From a virus (Duplodnaviria; Caudoviricetes): a stretch of DNA of 64,000 bases. Location: IMG/VR virus record IMGVR_UViG_3300037067_005074, positions 96,001-160,000 of that record; one strand, given 5' to 3'. The translations under genes were made by a program, and so were the position numbers. Under the pieces are notes generated by a model, which was not told the origin of the DNA, ran no database searches, and saw nothing but the letters and a program-made list of their open reading frames with translations. Positions 51,311-60,775 of this stretch are shown piece by piece (positions within the stretch are counted from its first letter, which is position 1; each line of letters opens with the position of its first letter).

Positions 51311-51715
51311 TTAAAAATATATTTGATCTATTTTTTTTCTGGTAAAATTATATAATCTTGGTAATATGATTTTATATTCATTTGTTTCTTCTTCCAATAA
51401 AACTCTATAACCACTAAATATATCCATGTTTTTATTTAATTGAGCTGTCATTTCTTCATTTAATTTTTCTTTTTGAGTAGATAAAAAATAATCATAAAAC
51501 ATTTCATCTATCATTGTTAATACTTTTTTCTCTCCAAAAAAAGTAACAAGTTTTTTATAAAAAGAAGTTTCAACTGGATGTATTATTGTTCCAAATGAAT
51601 TTTCATATATAAATAATGTATTTTTAGCATTAACCATATCAGAATTTTCTTCTAACATAATATTAGTTCTTTCTATATCAACTAAAGAATATATTCCTTT
51701 TTTTATTTTTTCCAT
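51311..51715 (-). CDS. Hypothetical protein
   Basis: ORF track. Confidence 0.65.
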   Translation of the reverse strand: MEKIKKGIYSLVDIERTNIMLEENSDMVNAKNTLFIYENSFGTIIHPVETSFYKKLVTFFGEKKVLTMIDEMFYDYFLSTQKEKLNEEMTAQLNKNMDIFSGYRVLLEEETNEYKIILPRLYNFTRKKIDQIYF

Positions 51716-51795
51716 GTTAATTACTGTTTATTTAAAAATATATAAAAATTAAAAATAATATTATAGTATTTTGTGATTTATTTTTGGGGTTAAAT

Positions 51796-51898
51796 AATGT
51801 AACACTTTTATTTGTTTTTCTTTAGATTTGTTATTTTATTATAATTAAACTATAATAAATAAAGGAAATCAAGGAATATAACATAAAACTGTTACATT
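51796..51898. repeat. Long imperfect inverted repeat downstream of the primase-helicase
   Basis: AATGTAACA/TGTTACATT outer, GATTT/AAATC, TTTATTATA/TATAATAAA inner. Confidence 0.6.
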
Positions 51899-51904
51899 GT
51901 TAGT

Positions 51905-54900
51905 TTATAACTGATTAACTAACCGCATTGTTCTTATTATTTTTCCGTTTACTCTAATTTGTTTATTGTCAAAATACATCTTTTTATTTTTAACATCTAT
52001 TTTTATTTGATTCCAAGATTTGTTTGCTAATTTAATCCATTCTTTTTTAGTCATACCTTTTCCAATTTGATAAATATCAACATTAATAGAATATTTAGTT
52101 TCTGTTCCAGTTTTAATTTTAAACACTTCAATATTATTCAACATCACATAATTTAAAAATGAATTCCATTTCTTAATTTCTGTATAATTAATTAAATCTA
52201 ATTCTTTAAAAATTGGAAGATTTAAGATTTCTTTTTTAGTTAAAGAAGTAGTAAAACTTTGCTTAAAAGTCTCTGGAGATTCTTTTATTAAATATTGTTC
52301 TATTAACATATTTAAACCAAAACTCATAATATATTGATTATACATATTTAATTTTAATGAAATTCCAAAAGTATGTAAAGTCTTTTGAATATTTTTTGTG
52401 TTATAGTTTAAAAATAATCCATTATTTTGCAATTCAATTAAAATGTTTTCTATACTATCAACTTTTCTATTTTTTGTAATTTCATATAAATAACTAAGAT
52501 TAGTTTTTTTATAACTATTCTTGAAATTATAAAATACATTTAAATCTTTGAATGCTTTTCTATATCCAAAATTAATAATATAATCATGAATATGATTTAT
52601 ATTTAAATTTGATTTTGCTGCTAAACTTTGTATTTTAAATAAAATATCATCATATTTCTGAATTCTATTATTATAATCTTTATATTTAGTAGGATTAACA
52701 ATATTGTCTATTATATAGTTATCTACTTCTTTTTCGTTTTGAGATTCATATTCATTAATTAATTTATATAATTCTGTATCTGTATCTTCGATTTCTTTAA
52801 TCAAAACATTATTATTTATTTCAATATCACTAATAGCATCTTTTATATAAAAATATCGTTGATTATTAAATGTATTGAAGAAACTGTTAATATTCAAATA
52901 ATCATAATAAACACCTAATTTGTATTTAATATATTCTTTTGAATTGAAATCATTTATATCATACTTAATTAATTCAACAATAGGAATATAATTAAAGTGA
53001 ATTGGTTCGTGATTATCAAATTGCATTTTGGCTTTATTGAATATTTCTAATTCTCGTTCAATAAATTTATCTTTAATATTAGTATAATTATTTACTCTAC
53101 CTTCTTTATCAATTAAAGAAGTAAACATCATTATTTCAGTTTCTTCATTTATAGTATTTTGCCTATCTGTTCTATTAACCATTTGAACAAGTGATTCTGC
53201 CGCAACTAAATTATACATAGAATATAAATCTGGATTAATATAAATTTTATCTAATTTAACATCTTCCTTTATAATAATGCCATCTACTTCTGTTCTTTTA
53301 CATAATTCGACTCCCATTTCAAATGATGTTGTCGATATTATTATTTTCTGTCCATTATATTTTAATATACTGTTTTTACTATCAACAGAAAATATTTCAT
53401 TCTCCAGAATACCTTTATCAATTAATATTTTTTTGATTGCCAAATTTTGAACAGTTCTACTATTATTAAAAAACATAACAATTTTCCCATTATGATAATC
53501 TTTAATTATTCTTGATACTATTTTAACCAAACTTACTTTTGGTTTAATAATTATAGGATGTTTTTTAATGGTTTTATATCTAATATATAATTGCGAGTAA
53601 TTATCAAACAATTTATAAAATTCGCTTGTTATCGGTGTACCAGTCATTACTGTAATTGTTTTATAATCATGTGATTGTATTTTAGAAAATATATTTAAAA
53701 TTAATTCTTTTTTCATTGTGTAAAATTGAAGATAAGAATGAATTTCATCTAAAATTAAATGTGTATTATAAGCAGATATATCATATAATTTGCCAATATA
53801 ACCATCTAATGTAGATATAAATAAATTGCAAGACATATTAATATTTTCTTTAGAAACATTTTCGTATCCTTTTTCTTCATTAGGTCCATGAATGATTTGA
53901 ATTTTACAATCCACATTATTTTCATTTAATGTTTTTCTAAAATAACTATTTGGGTCATTAAATTCCATTTCTTTTTCTTTAGCAATATCAACCATTGGAA
54001 CAATCAATATTACTTTTTGATTCTTATCATTTACTAATAATCTCGCTAAAGTAACATTAACAGTTTTACCGGATTTTGTATCTGCTTTAAGATATAAATA
54101 TTTATCGGTAATCATAGAAGGATTTAATTTTTGATTGCTTTCTAAAAATACATATTTACCGATTATATCTAAATGTCTTTCATCTTCTTCTGTAGATTGT
54201 CTTTCATATGTATTTTTAAATGTGTCTTTAGTTATTACTGGATTGATTGTTGGTTGATTCTGCTTTTTCATTACTTGCAATTTCCACCAAACATAATCAT
54301 CATATTTTTTTCTTATTTGTTCGAAATCAAATCCATTATCTTCAATTCTTTTAATAAAATAAGATTTTAAAATGTTATGAGTAATATTAAAATTATATAA
54401 TATATTTATATATAATCCGGCAATAGAAGTTCCTGTATTTTTATAAGAAAATTCCATGTTTTGACACATTTCATTTAAAAATGTTTCTACATTATCATCA
54501 CAAACTTTAATCCTACTTTTAATATCTTTAACAGATGCTTTATTGGGTTGTTTTTCTGATATACTATTTAGTTTGATTATATTTTCTAATGTTAAAGGTC
54601 TATAACCAGTTATAATTAAATCATCTATTGCTTGTTCTGTTAAACACTCAAAATATCCTTCTCTAACATATTTTTCATCTATTGTTTTAAATAGTTCTAT
54701 TAAATATATTAATTCTGATTTATCTATTCTACCATTATTTTTAATTACTGGAATAGTATTGTATTTTTTAATATCTTTGGCATGTTTTTTATAATAATCT
54801 AAGAACATTTCATCTTTAAATATCTCATTAAAATCAAATATATATTCTGATTCTTTATTATGATATAAAACACCTTGAGACCAATTGTCTTTTCTACTTT

Positions 54901-55615
54901 TACTTCCGACTTTAGTATCCCAAATAGGTATATGGAAATTTAAATCGACACTTATTTTATTTAAAGCATAAAAATAACAAGATTCGAAATTATCTGCATT
55001 AACACCATTTACTGAAATATAAATATGGAATCCTTTATCACTAATAGAACGAGTTAAAGCAATAGTATCTTTTCTATTAGTAAAATATTCAGTTAATTGT
55101 TGTTTTATTTCATCTGAAATATACATCCCGTCTTTCCATTCAAAATTATCAAATTCAAACATAAAAATATTAGTTGATTCAGTAATTTGTTCATCTCTTG
55201 TAGAATACAGATGATTAAAATGAATTAATGTAGTCGGAGAATGTTTTTTAAAATCCGATTGTTCTTTTACAGTGAATAATTTATTTCTAACTTTATTCAT
55301 TCCATCATAAAAATATTTCAAATTGATAGTATCAAATGTATTACTATATCCTCTTTTTATTTCCTTAGTTTGAATTTCATTATTTGATAATGATGTTTTT
55401 GGATTGTCTTTTTTATATTTATCTATTTTAGAAGGAATACAAATAGAACAAGTTTTATCATAAAACTCTTCTTCTGTTAAAATACATTCTGAAACTGATT
55501 TTAGTTTATTGAAATCTTGATGATTATAATATTCTATGATATTATTAAAATCTGTTTTGAAAAGAGGTGCTAAAGCATAATTATTAGCACAATAAGAAAC
55601 AATGTGATTATTCAT
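51905..55615 (-). CDS. VirE-N/BT4734-like primase domain fused to an SF2 helicase (origin-binding-like)
   Basis: FMFEFDN...RSISDKGFHIY; ADTKSGKT, LILDEIH, MTGTP, STTSFEMGV, QMVNR. Confidence 0.75.
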   Translation of the reverse strand: MNNHIVSYCANNYALAPLFKTDFNNIIEYYNHQDFNKLKSVSECILTEEEFYDKTCSICIPSKIDKYKKDNPKTSLSNNEIQTKEIKRGYSNTFDTINLKYFYDGMNKVRNKLFTVKEQSDFKKHSPTTLIHFNHLYSTRDEQITESTNIFMFEFDNFEWKDGMYISDEIKQQLTEYFTNRKDTIALTRSISDKGFHIYISVNGVNADNFESCYFYALNKISVDLNFHIPIWDTKVGSKSRKDNWSQGVLYHNKESEYIFDFNEIFKDEMFLDYYKKHAKDIKKYNTIPVIKNNGRIDKSELIYLIELFKTIDEKYVREGYFECLTEQAIDDLIITGYRPLTLENIIKLNSISEKQPNKASVKDIKSRIKVCDDNVETFLNEMCQNMEFSYKNTGTSIAGLYINILYNFNITHNILKSYFIKRIEDNGFDFEQIRKKYDDYVWWKLQVMKKQNQPTINPVITKDTFKNTYERQSTEEDERHLDIIGKYVFLESNQKLNPSMITDKYLYLKADTKSGKTVNVTLARLLVNDKNQKVILIVPMVDIAKEKEMEFNDPNSYFRKTLNENNVDCKIQIIHGPNEEKGYENVSKENINMSCNLFISTLDGYIGKLYDISAYNTHLILDEIHSYLQFYTMKKELILNIFSKIQSHDYKTITVMTGTPITSEFYKLFDNYSQLYIRYKTIKKHPIIIKPKVSLVKIVSRIIKDYHNGKIVMFFNNSRTVQNLAIKKILIDKGILENEIFSVDSKNSILKYNGQKIIISTTSFEMGVELCKRTEVDGIIIKEDVKLDKIYINPDLYSMYNLVAAESLVQMVNRTDRQNTINEETEIMMFTSLIDKEGRVNNYTNIKDKFIERELEIFNKAKMQFDNHEPIHFNYIPIVELIKYDINDFNSKEYIKYKLGVYYDYLNINSFFNTFNNQRYFYIKDAISDIEINNNVLIKEIEDTDTELYKLINEYESQNEKEVDNYIIDNIVNPTKYKDYNNRIQKYDDILFKIQSLAAKSNLNINHIHDYIINFGYRKAFKDLNVFYNFKNSYKKTNLSYLYEITKNRKVDSIENILIELQNNGLFLNYNTKNIQKTLHTFGISLKLNMYNQYIMSFGLNMLIEQYLIKESPETFKQSFTTSLTKKEILNLPIFKELDLINYTEIKKWNSFLNYVMLNNIEVFKIKTGTETKYSINVDIYQIGKGMTKKEWIKLANKSWNQIKIDVKNKKMYFDNKQIRVNGKIIRTMRLVNQL

Positions 55616-55630
55616 TTTATATTAGTTTTA

Positions 55631-55705
55631 GTGAGTTTATATTTGTTGTGAATTTTTTTAAAGAGGTGAGTTGCAACTCACCTCTTTTACTCACTTAACA
55701 AATAT
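55631..55705 (-). promoter_or_regulatory. Palindromic leader upstream of the primase-helicase
   Basis: Perfect 28-bp palindrome AAAGAGGTGAGTTGCAACTCACCTCTTT; outer ATATTTGTT/AACAAATAT; repeated GTGAGT. Confidence 0.65.
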
Positions 55706-55794
55706 TTTATATAAATATAAATTATTAAAAAAATAATTTTCTATTCATATATAAATATAAAATAAAAAAGAAAACAATTTTAAATGTTAAAATA

Positions 55795-55826
55795 TTTGTT
55801 TTATAAATTAATTAGTTTTATATTTG
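55795..55826 (+). promoter_or_regulatory. Bacteroidota-type promoter
   Basis: TTTG-N20-TATATTTG. Confidence 0.8.
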
Positions 55827-55852
55827 TAGAATAAAATTTAAAACTATTAAAT

Positions 55853-56479
55853 ATGAAAGATATAAAAGAAATAGGATTTTACTCATTATCAAATGATAGA
55901 GCAAAAAACATCTCATTAACATCACAAATGAAAAGATGTGAAATGATTATTACTGAGTATTGTAATTTTAAATGTCCTTATTGTAGAGGATTAAAAGATG
56001 AAATCTACGGAAACAGAAAGAAAAAAGAATTAACATTAGAAGAAATAAAATACAATATAGATTTATGGTGTGAAAACATTCCATTAGAAAACATTCGTTT
56101 TTCTGGAGGTGAACCTACATTACATAAAGACATTATTGAAATCGTTTCTTATGCAAAAGAAAAAGGAATAAAAAGAATTGCAATCTCAACAAATGGTTCT
56201 AATAAATTATCTCTTTATAAGAAATTAATTGAAGTTGGTTGTAATGACTTTTCTATTTCATTAGATGCTTGTTGTGCAGAAGACGGAGATAAAATGTCTG
56301 GAAATGTTAAAGGTTCATTTGACATAGTTGTTAAAAATATTGAAGAAATATCAAAACTTACCTATGTAACTGTTGGTGTTGTTCTTACTCCAGAAAACAT
56401 AGATAAAACAATCGATACAATTAGATTTGCTCATAAATTAGGAGTGGCGGATATTCGAATAATTACTGCATCTATGTAA
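55853..56479 (+). CDS. Radical SAM enzyme, N-terminal part (split gene)
   Basis: CNFKCPYC, FSGGEPT, ISTNG, SISLD. Confidence 0.9.
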   Translation: MKDIKEIGFYSLSNDRAKNISLTSQMKRCEMIITEYCNFKCPYCRGLKDEIYGNRKKKELTLEEIKYNIDLWCENIPLENIRFSGGEPTLHKDIIEIVSYAKEKGIKRIAISTNGSNKLSLYKKLIEVGCNDFSISLDACCAEDGDKMSGNVKGSFDIVVKNIEEISKLTYVTVGVVLTPENIDKTIDTIRFAHKLGVADIRIITASM

Positions 56480-56546
56480 TATTTTTTGAAGTTACATATA
56501 TTAGTATAATTTTTATTTATTATTATATTTATTTAAAAAAGTAAAT

Positions 56547-57329
56547 ATGATAATTTATAAAACAACAAATAAAATTAATAATAAAATATATGTGGGTAAA
56601 GATTCACATAATAATCCGAAATATTTGGGTTCTGGCAAATTATTAAATAGATCAATAAAAAAATATGGTATTGATAATTTTATAAAAGAAATTATAGAAT
56701 ATTGTAATGATAATGAACAATTAAATGAAAGAGAAAAGTTTTGGATTAAAGAATTAGATGCCACAAATGTAAAAATAGGATATAACATAATGTATGGAGG
56801 AGATGGAGGAGATACATTTACAAATAATCCAGATAAAGAATCCACAAGAAAAAAGATAAGTATTGCATCAAAAAAAAGTAATAATAATCCAGAAACAAAA
56901 AGAAAGATTGGCGCTGCATCAAAAGGCAATAAATATCGGTTAGGAACAAAACAATCTGCAGAAACAAAACAAAAAATTAGCGAATCTAATAAAGGTAAAC
57001 ATAGTGCACCAAAATCAGACGAAACTAAAAGAAAAATCGGCGAAGCAGGTAAAGGAAGGAAACAATCAAATGAAACAAAAAACAAACGAAAAGAATCTAT
57101 GATGGGTAAAAATAAAGGTAAAAAAAGAACATCAGAACAAATAATAAAAATGAGAATAAATTCAATAGGTAGACCATCTGCAATGAAAGGAAAACATATG
57201 AGCGAGGAAGCTAAACTAAAATTAAGAAATGCCAATTTAGGAAAAAAACAAACAAAAGAAACAATAGAAAAAAGGGAACAAACCAGGAGAATTAATAAAT
57301 TAAATAAAAATAACAATAAAAACGTATAA
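56547..57329 (+). CDS. GIY-YIG homing endonuclease with NUMOD3-type repeats
   Basis: IIYKTTN...YVG, YLGSG, EKFWI, GYN...GG; repeated ETKRKI. Confidence 0.92.
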   Translation: MIIYKTTNKINNKIYVGKDSHNNPKYLGSGKLLNRSIKKYGIDNFIKEIIEYCNDNEQLNEREKFWIKELDATNVKIGYNIMYGGDGGDTFTNNPDKESTRKKISIASKKSNNNPETKRKIGAASKGNKYRLGTKQSAETKQKISESNKGKHSAPKSDETKRKIGEAGKGRKQSNETKNKRKESMMGKNKGKKRTSEQIIKMRINSIGRPSAMKGKHMSEEAKLKLRNANLGKKQTKETIEKREQTRRINKLNKNNNKNV

Positions 57330-57331
57330 AT

Positions 57332-57736
57332 ATGAATAAAGAAGAAATGTATCAATATTTAGCAATAAGATTAAATGAAGTAGAACAAGAAATTGTAGAT
57401 TCACATCCAATACTTAAATATAGAATTAATCATTTTGCAGAAGGTATTAATGTTAGAGGAATTAAAGACCCAAATCATAAAAAATGTGGATTGGTTTTAG
57501 ATGATTCTATTATCGCCGGAAAATATCACTTCCCCTGCGTTATTTATATGAGGGAAAAAGGAAATCCGATTGGAGAAGTTGGACCAAATATGAGAAATGA
57601 AAGATTTGAATGGTTTAAAAAACACGATTGTTATAAAGATGATATTTGTAGAAATAATTGCCTCGATGTTTGTTGCTCGATAAATAAAAAAATAGGAGAA
57701 ACAAATGAATTTTTAAAACCTTATTATAATGAATAA
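57332..57736 (+). CDS. Probable C-terminal (SPASM/twitch-like) part of the split radical SAM enzyme
   Basis: KCG..., FPCVIY...PIG, ICRNNCLDVC; same reading frame as 55853. Confidence 0.75.
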   Translation: MNKEEMYQYLAIRLNEVEQEIVDSHPILKYRINHFAEGINVRGIKDPNHKKCGLVLDDSIIAGKYHFPCVIYMREKGNPIGEVGPNMRNERFEWFKKHDCYKDDICRNNCLDVCCSINKKIGETNEFLKPYYNE

Positions 57737-58205
57737 TTTATTTATTTGTATTTCAGTCAGTAAAAGTGGAAAATCAACATTTTGTAAAGAAGTTTCATCT
57801 AAATTATCAAATATTAAAATTGTTAGTTTAGATGAAATTAAAATACAAAATAAAGAACAATCATCTCATTTAATTGCTTTTAATTTAATTAATAATTATT
57901 TAAAAGAATATAATGTTTTGTTTGATGCCAATAATTGTAGATATGAACACAGATTAAATTTATTAAATAGTTTAAATATTGATTGTAATAAATATGCAAT
58001 TTTATTTGATAATGTTTCGATAGAAAATTCATGTAATAATTTAAAACAATTTAAATCGGAATATAGATATACATTTACAACTGAAGAATTAATCAAAAGA
58101 CAGTTTATTGAATTTGAAAATGATAAAGACAAATTATCTGAATTTATAGTATTAACCAAAACAGAATTTAAAAATAAATTTTATGATAAAAATATTCGAT
58201 TGTAG
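57729..58205 (+). CDS. P-loop kinase (AAA_33 / polynucleotide-kinase-like), degenerate Walker A
   Basis: SKSGKST, VSLDEI, FDANN....R. Confidence 0.7.
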   Translation: MNNLFICISVSKSGKSTFCKEVSSKLSNIKIVSLDEIKIQNKEQSSHLIAFNLINNYLKEYNVLFDANNCRYEHRLNLLNSLNIDCNKYAILFDNVSIENSCNNLKQFKSEYRYTFTTEELIKRQFIEFENDKDKLSEFIVLTKTEFKNKFYDKNIRL

Positions 58206-59118
58206 TTTAAATTCATTTGCTCCTTCTCACCGTCCAAATTCATTAGGACCAAAAGAAAATGATATAATGTTTGATTTAAAAAAGTATTCATCTTTATATG
58301 GATTTGAATATGTAGAAAATTATAAAAAATCAGATGTTATAATTACTAATACTAATTATCCAGAATACATATTAAATACAAGCATTCCAAAAGTAAAAAG
58401 AATGGATGGTATTTATTGGGATACAAGAATATCCGAAAGAAATATTAAATTAAATGAAGCAGCAATTAATAGCGATTTGGTTATTTTTATAAGTGAATTT
58501 TCAAAAAAATCATTTCATACTCTATATCCAGAATTAAAATTAAATAAAGAGTCGGTTGTGTTAAATAATGTAGCTGATTCTAATTTCTATAAAATTAACA
58601 ATTGTGAGAAACCATTTGATTTTGTTGCATCTTGTACTAATTGGGAAAGAGAAGAAAAAAGATTTAAATCGATATTACAATTTGCAGAATTTTTAAAAAC
58701 AAAAAATAAAACATTATTGTTAATTGGGAGTAATATGATAGATGTTCCATATAATGTTTTTTGTACTGGTTATATTAGAGATTATCAAACTTTAAATGAA
58801 ACAATAAACTTAGGTAAATATTTTGTTAATTTTTCATATAGAGATTCTGGTTGTAAATGTGTTTCTCAAGCAATAAAATGCGGATTACCGGTTTTATATG
58901 CTAATAGTGGAGGAGTACCAGAATTAGTAAATGAAAATTGTGTTCCAATTAATGATATTGAAGAAATATATTTTGATAATAAAGTACCAGATTTAAATAT
59001 ATATAATATGATTGAAGGATATGAAACAATTATAAATAAAGAAATAAAAAATGTTAAAATTGAATCATATCAAACTACAATAAAAAATTATTTTGATAAT
59101 ATTAAAAATATCTTATAA
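58183..59118 (+). CDS. GT4 (GT-B) glycosyltransferase
   Basis: RMDG, VIFISEFS, AIKCGLPVL..NSGGVPELV. Confidence 0.85.
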   Translation: MIKIFDCSLNSFAPSHRPNSLGPKENDIMFDLKKYSSLYGFEYVENYKKSDVIITNTNYPEYILNTSIPKVKRMDGIYWDTRISERNIKLNEAAINSDLVIFISEFSKKSFHTLYPELKLNKESVVLNNVADSNFYKINNCEKPFDFVASCTNWEREEKRFKSILQFAEFLKTKNKTLLLIGSNMIDVPYNVFCTGYIRDYQTLNETINLGKYFVNFSYRDSGCKCVSQAIKCGLPVLYANSGGVPELVNENCVPINDIEEIYFDNKVPDLNIYNMIEGYETIINKEIKNVKIESYQTTIKNYFDNIKNIL

Positions 59119-59122
59119 TAAA

Positions 59123-59154
59123 TTTGTTTATCAATATTATTTTATGTATTTTTG
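59123..59154 (+). promoter_or_regulatory. Bacteroidota-type promoter
   Basis: TTTG-N20-TATTTTTG. Confidence 0.7.
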
Positions 59155-59172
59155 TTTTGTATTAAAAATCAA

Positions 59173-60339
59173 ATGAAAATGGAATATTTCTTACCAACAT
59201 ATGAAGAAGCAACAGAAATAGTAAATAATAATGACTCATTTACTTTCCTTGAAACTAAACAAGAATTTTTAGGATATAATATTTCTACATTTTCATATCG
59301 TCATGTTGATGTAAATACATTCTTAAATCCGATAAAAGATAAAGATTATAATGCTTTAGAATTTAAAGGATTGACATTTATATTTGATAAAGACAATAGT
59401 TATAAAAGATTTTTAATGCTTCATAAATTTTGGATTTTAGACCAATATGAAAATTCAAGATATGAATTATTTAAGAATAAGAAAATAAAGAATGTTTATA
59501 TAAAAGAAGATGGTTATTTGATAACATTTGTTCAATTTCCAAATAACATTATTTATGCTAAAACTAAAAACGGATTTAAATTGGAAATTGTTGATAAAGC
59601 AATGGAAATTTATAATCGAAATATCAAATTGAATAATTTTGTTATATTTTGTATTGATAATAATTATTCACCAATATTTGAATTTGTAAGCGAAAAGAAT
59701 TCTATTGTAGTTAAATATAATCAAGACAATTTAATTTTATTACGAATTAGAAATAATAATACTGGAGAATATATTGATTTAGATTATTTTAATGATTTTA
59801 TATATAATTTAGATGGAATAATTGTTTGTGAAAAAGTAAATATATATTCTATAGACGAATTAATAGAATTAAGTAAAACAATTGAAAATATCGAAGGTTG
59901 GGTCATTACATTTGAAGATGATACAATGCTAAAATTAAAAACAATTTGGCATGGTAAACAAACTAAATACTTACAATCTAAATTCACTTCTTCTAAAATA
60001 ATATTAAACATATTAAATAATTCTAAAGACGAATTAATATCAAATGTAAATTTATATGATTCAAATAAAAGAATTTTAATAGATGAAGTTGAAAATAAAT
60101 TAAAATATTATATAAAAGATACAATAGAATATATAAACAAAATACATTCAGAAAATATTAAATTGACTAAAAAAGAGTTTGCCATTTTGTTTTCTAAAGA
60201 CAAATATTTTAGTGTATTAATGAAATCATTTCAATCCGAAAATAACATATATGATTTTGTTGTAAAATATATATTAAATCAAATTTCTAAAAGTAACACA
60301 AATTTAATAAACACAATTTTTAATTATGAAAAATATTAG
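59173..60339 (+). CDS. T4 Rnl1-like RNA ligase (start moved to ATG 59173 or 59179)
   Basis: HKFW, KEDG (motif I), FEFVS, IEGWVI, KLKT. Confidence 0.85.
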   Translation: MKMEYFLPTYEEATEIVNNNDSFTFLETKQEFLGYNISTFSYRHVDVNTFLNPIKDKDYNALEFKGLTFIFDKDNSYKRFLMLHKFWILDQYENSRYELFKNKKIKNVYIKEDGYLITFVQFPNNIIYAKTKNGFKLEIVDKAMEIYNRNIKLNNFVIFCIDNNYSPIFEFVSEKNSIVVKYNQDNLILLRIRNNNTGEYIDLDYFNDFIYNLDGIIVCEKVNIYSIDELIELSKTIENIEGWVITFEDDTMLKLKTIWHGKQTKYLQSKFTSSKIILNILNNSKDELISNVNLYDSNKRILIDEVENKLKYYIKDTIEYINKIHSENIKLTKKEFAILFSKDKYFSVLMKSFQSENNIYDFVVKYILNQISKSNTNLINTIFNYEKY

Positions 60340-60775
60340 AAACTTTTTTCTGTTTTTTAAAAACTATATTTTTAAAATTAAAGAATTAGAATATCTTGCA
60401 TATCATGATTCTCTAACAAGATTATTAAATAGAAATTGGTTATATAAAAATATTAATTCTATTTCTAATAAATATGTTTATTTTATTGATATAAATAATT
60501 TACATGAAATAAATAAACAAGGTCATACTTTCGGCGATAATTATATAAAACAAATTATAATAGATATTCAGAACAAACTAAATAAATCAGATATTTTTAT
60601 TAGATATGCAGGAGATGAATTTATTATATTTTCTGATACATTAAATCTAATTTCTAATACTGAATTTTATATGGTAGGATTTAGTAAAATTTATAATAGT
60701 GTTCAAGAATCAATCAATTTAGCAGACAATAACATGATACAATTTAAACTTAATAGAAATGAAAAAAGAAACTAA
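60326..60775 (+). CDS. Stand-alone minimal GGDEF (diguanylate cyclase-like) protein
   Basis: HDSLTRLLNR, FIDINNL..IN..GH..GD, RYAGDEF. Confidence 0.85.
   Translation: MKNIRNFFLFFKNYIFKIKELEYLAYHDSLTRLLNRNWLYKNINSISNKYVYFIDINNLHEINKQGHTFGDNYIKQIIIDIQNKLNKSDIFIRYAGDEFIIFSDTLNLISNTEFYMVGFSKIYNSVQESINLADNNMIQFKLNRNEKRN

Noticed and set aside
56480-57346. Group I intron or intein around the GIY-YIG gene
   Set aside because: No room for, or sequence resembling, a catalytic core; stop codons rule out an intein.
56555-57355. 266-aa minus-strand ORF
   Set aside because: Antisense shadow of the Lys-rich GIY-YIG gene; F/L/S-rich with no motifs.
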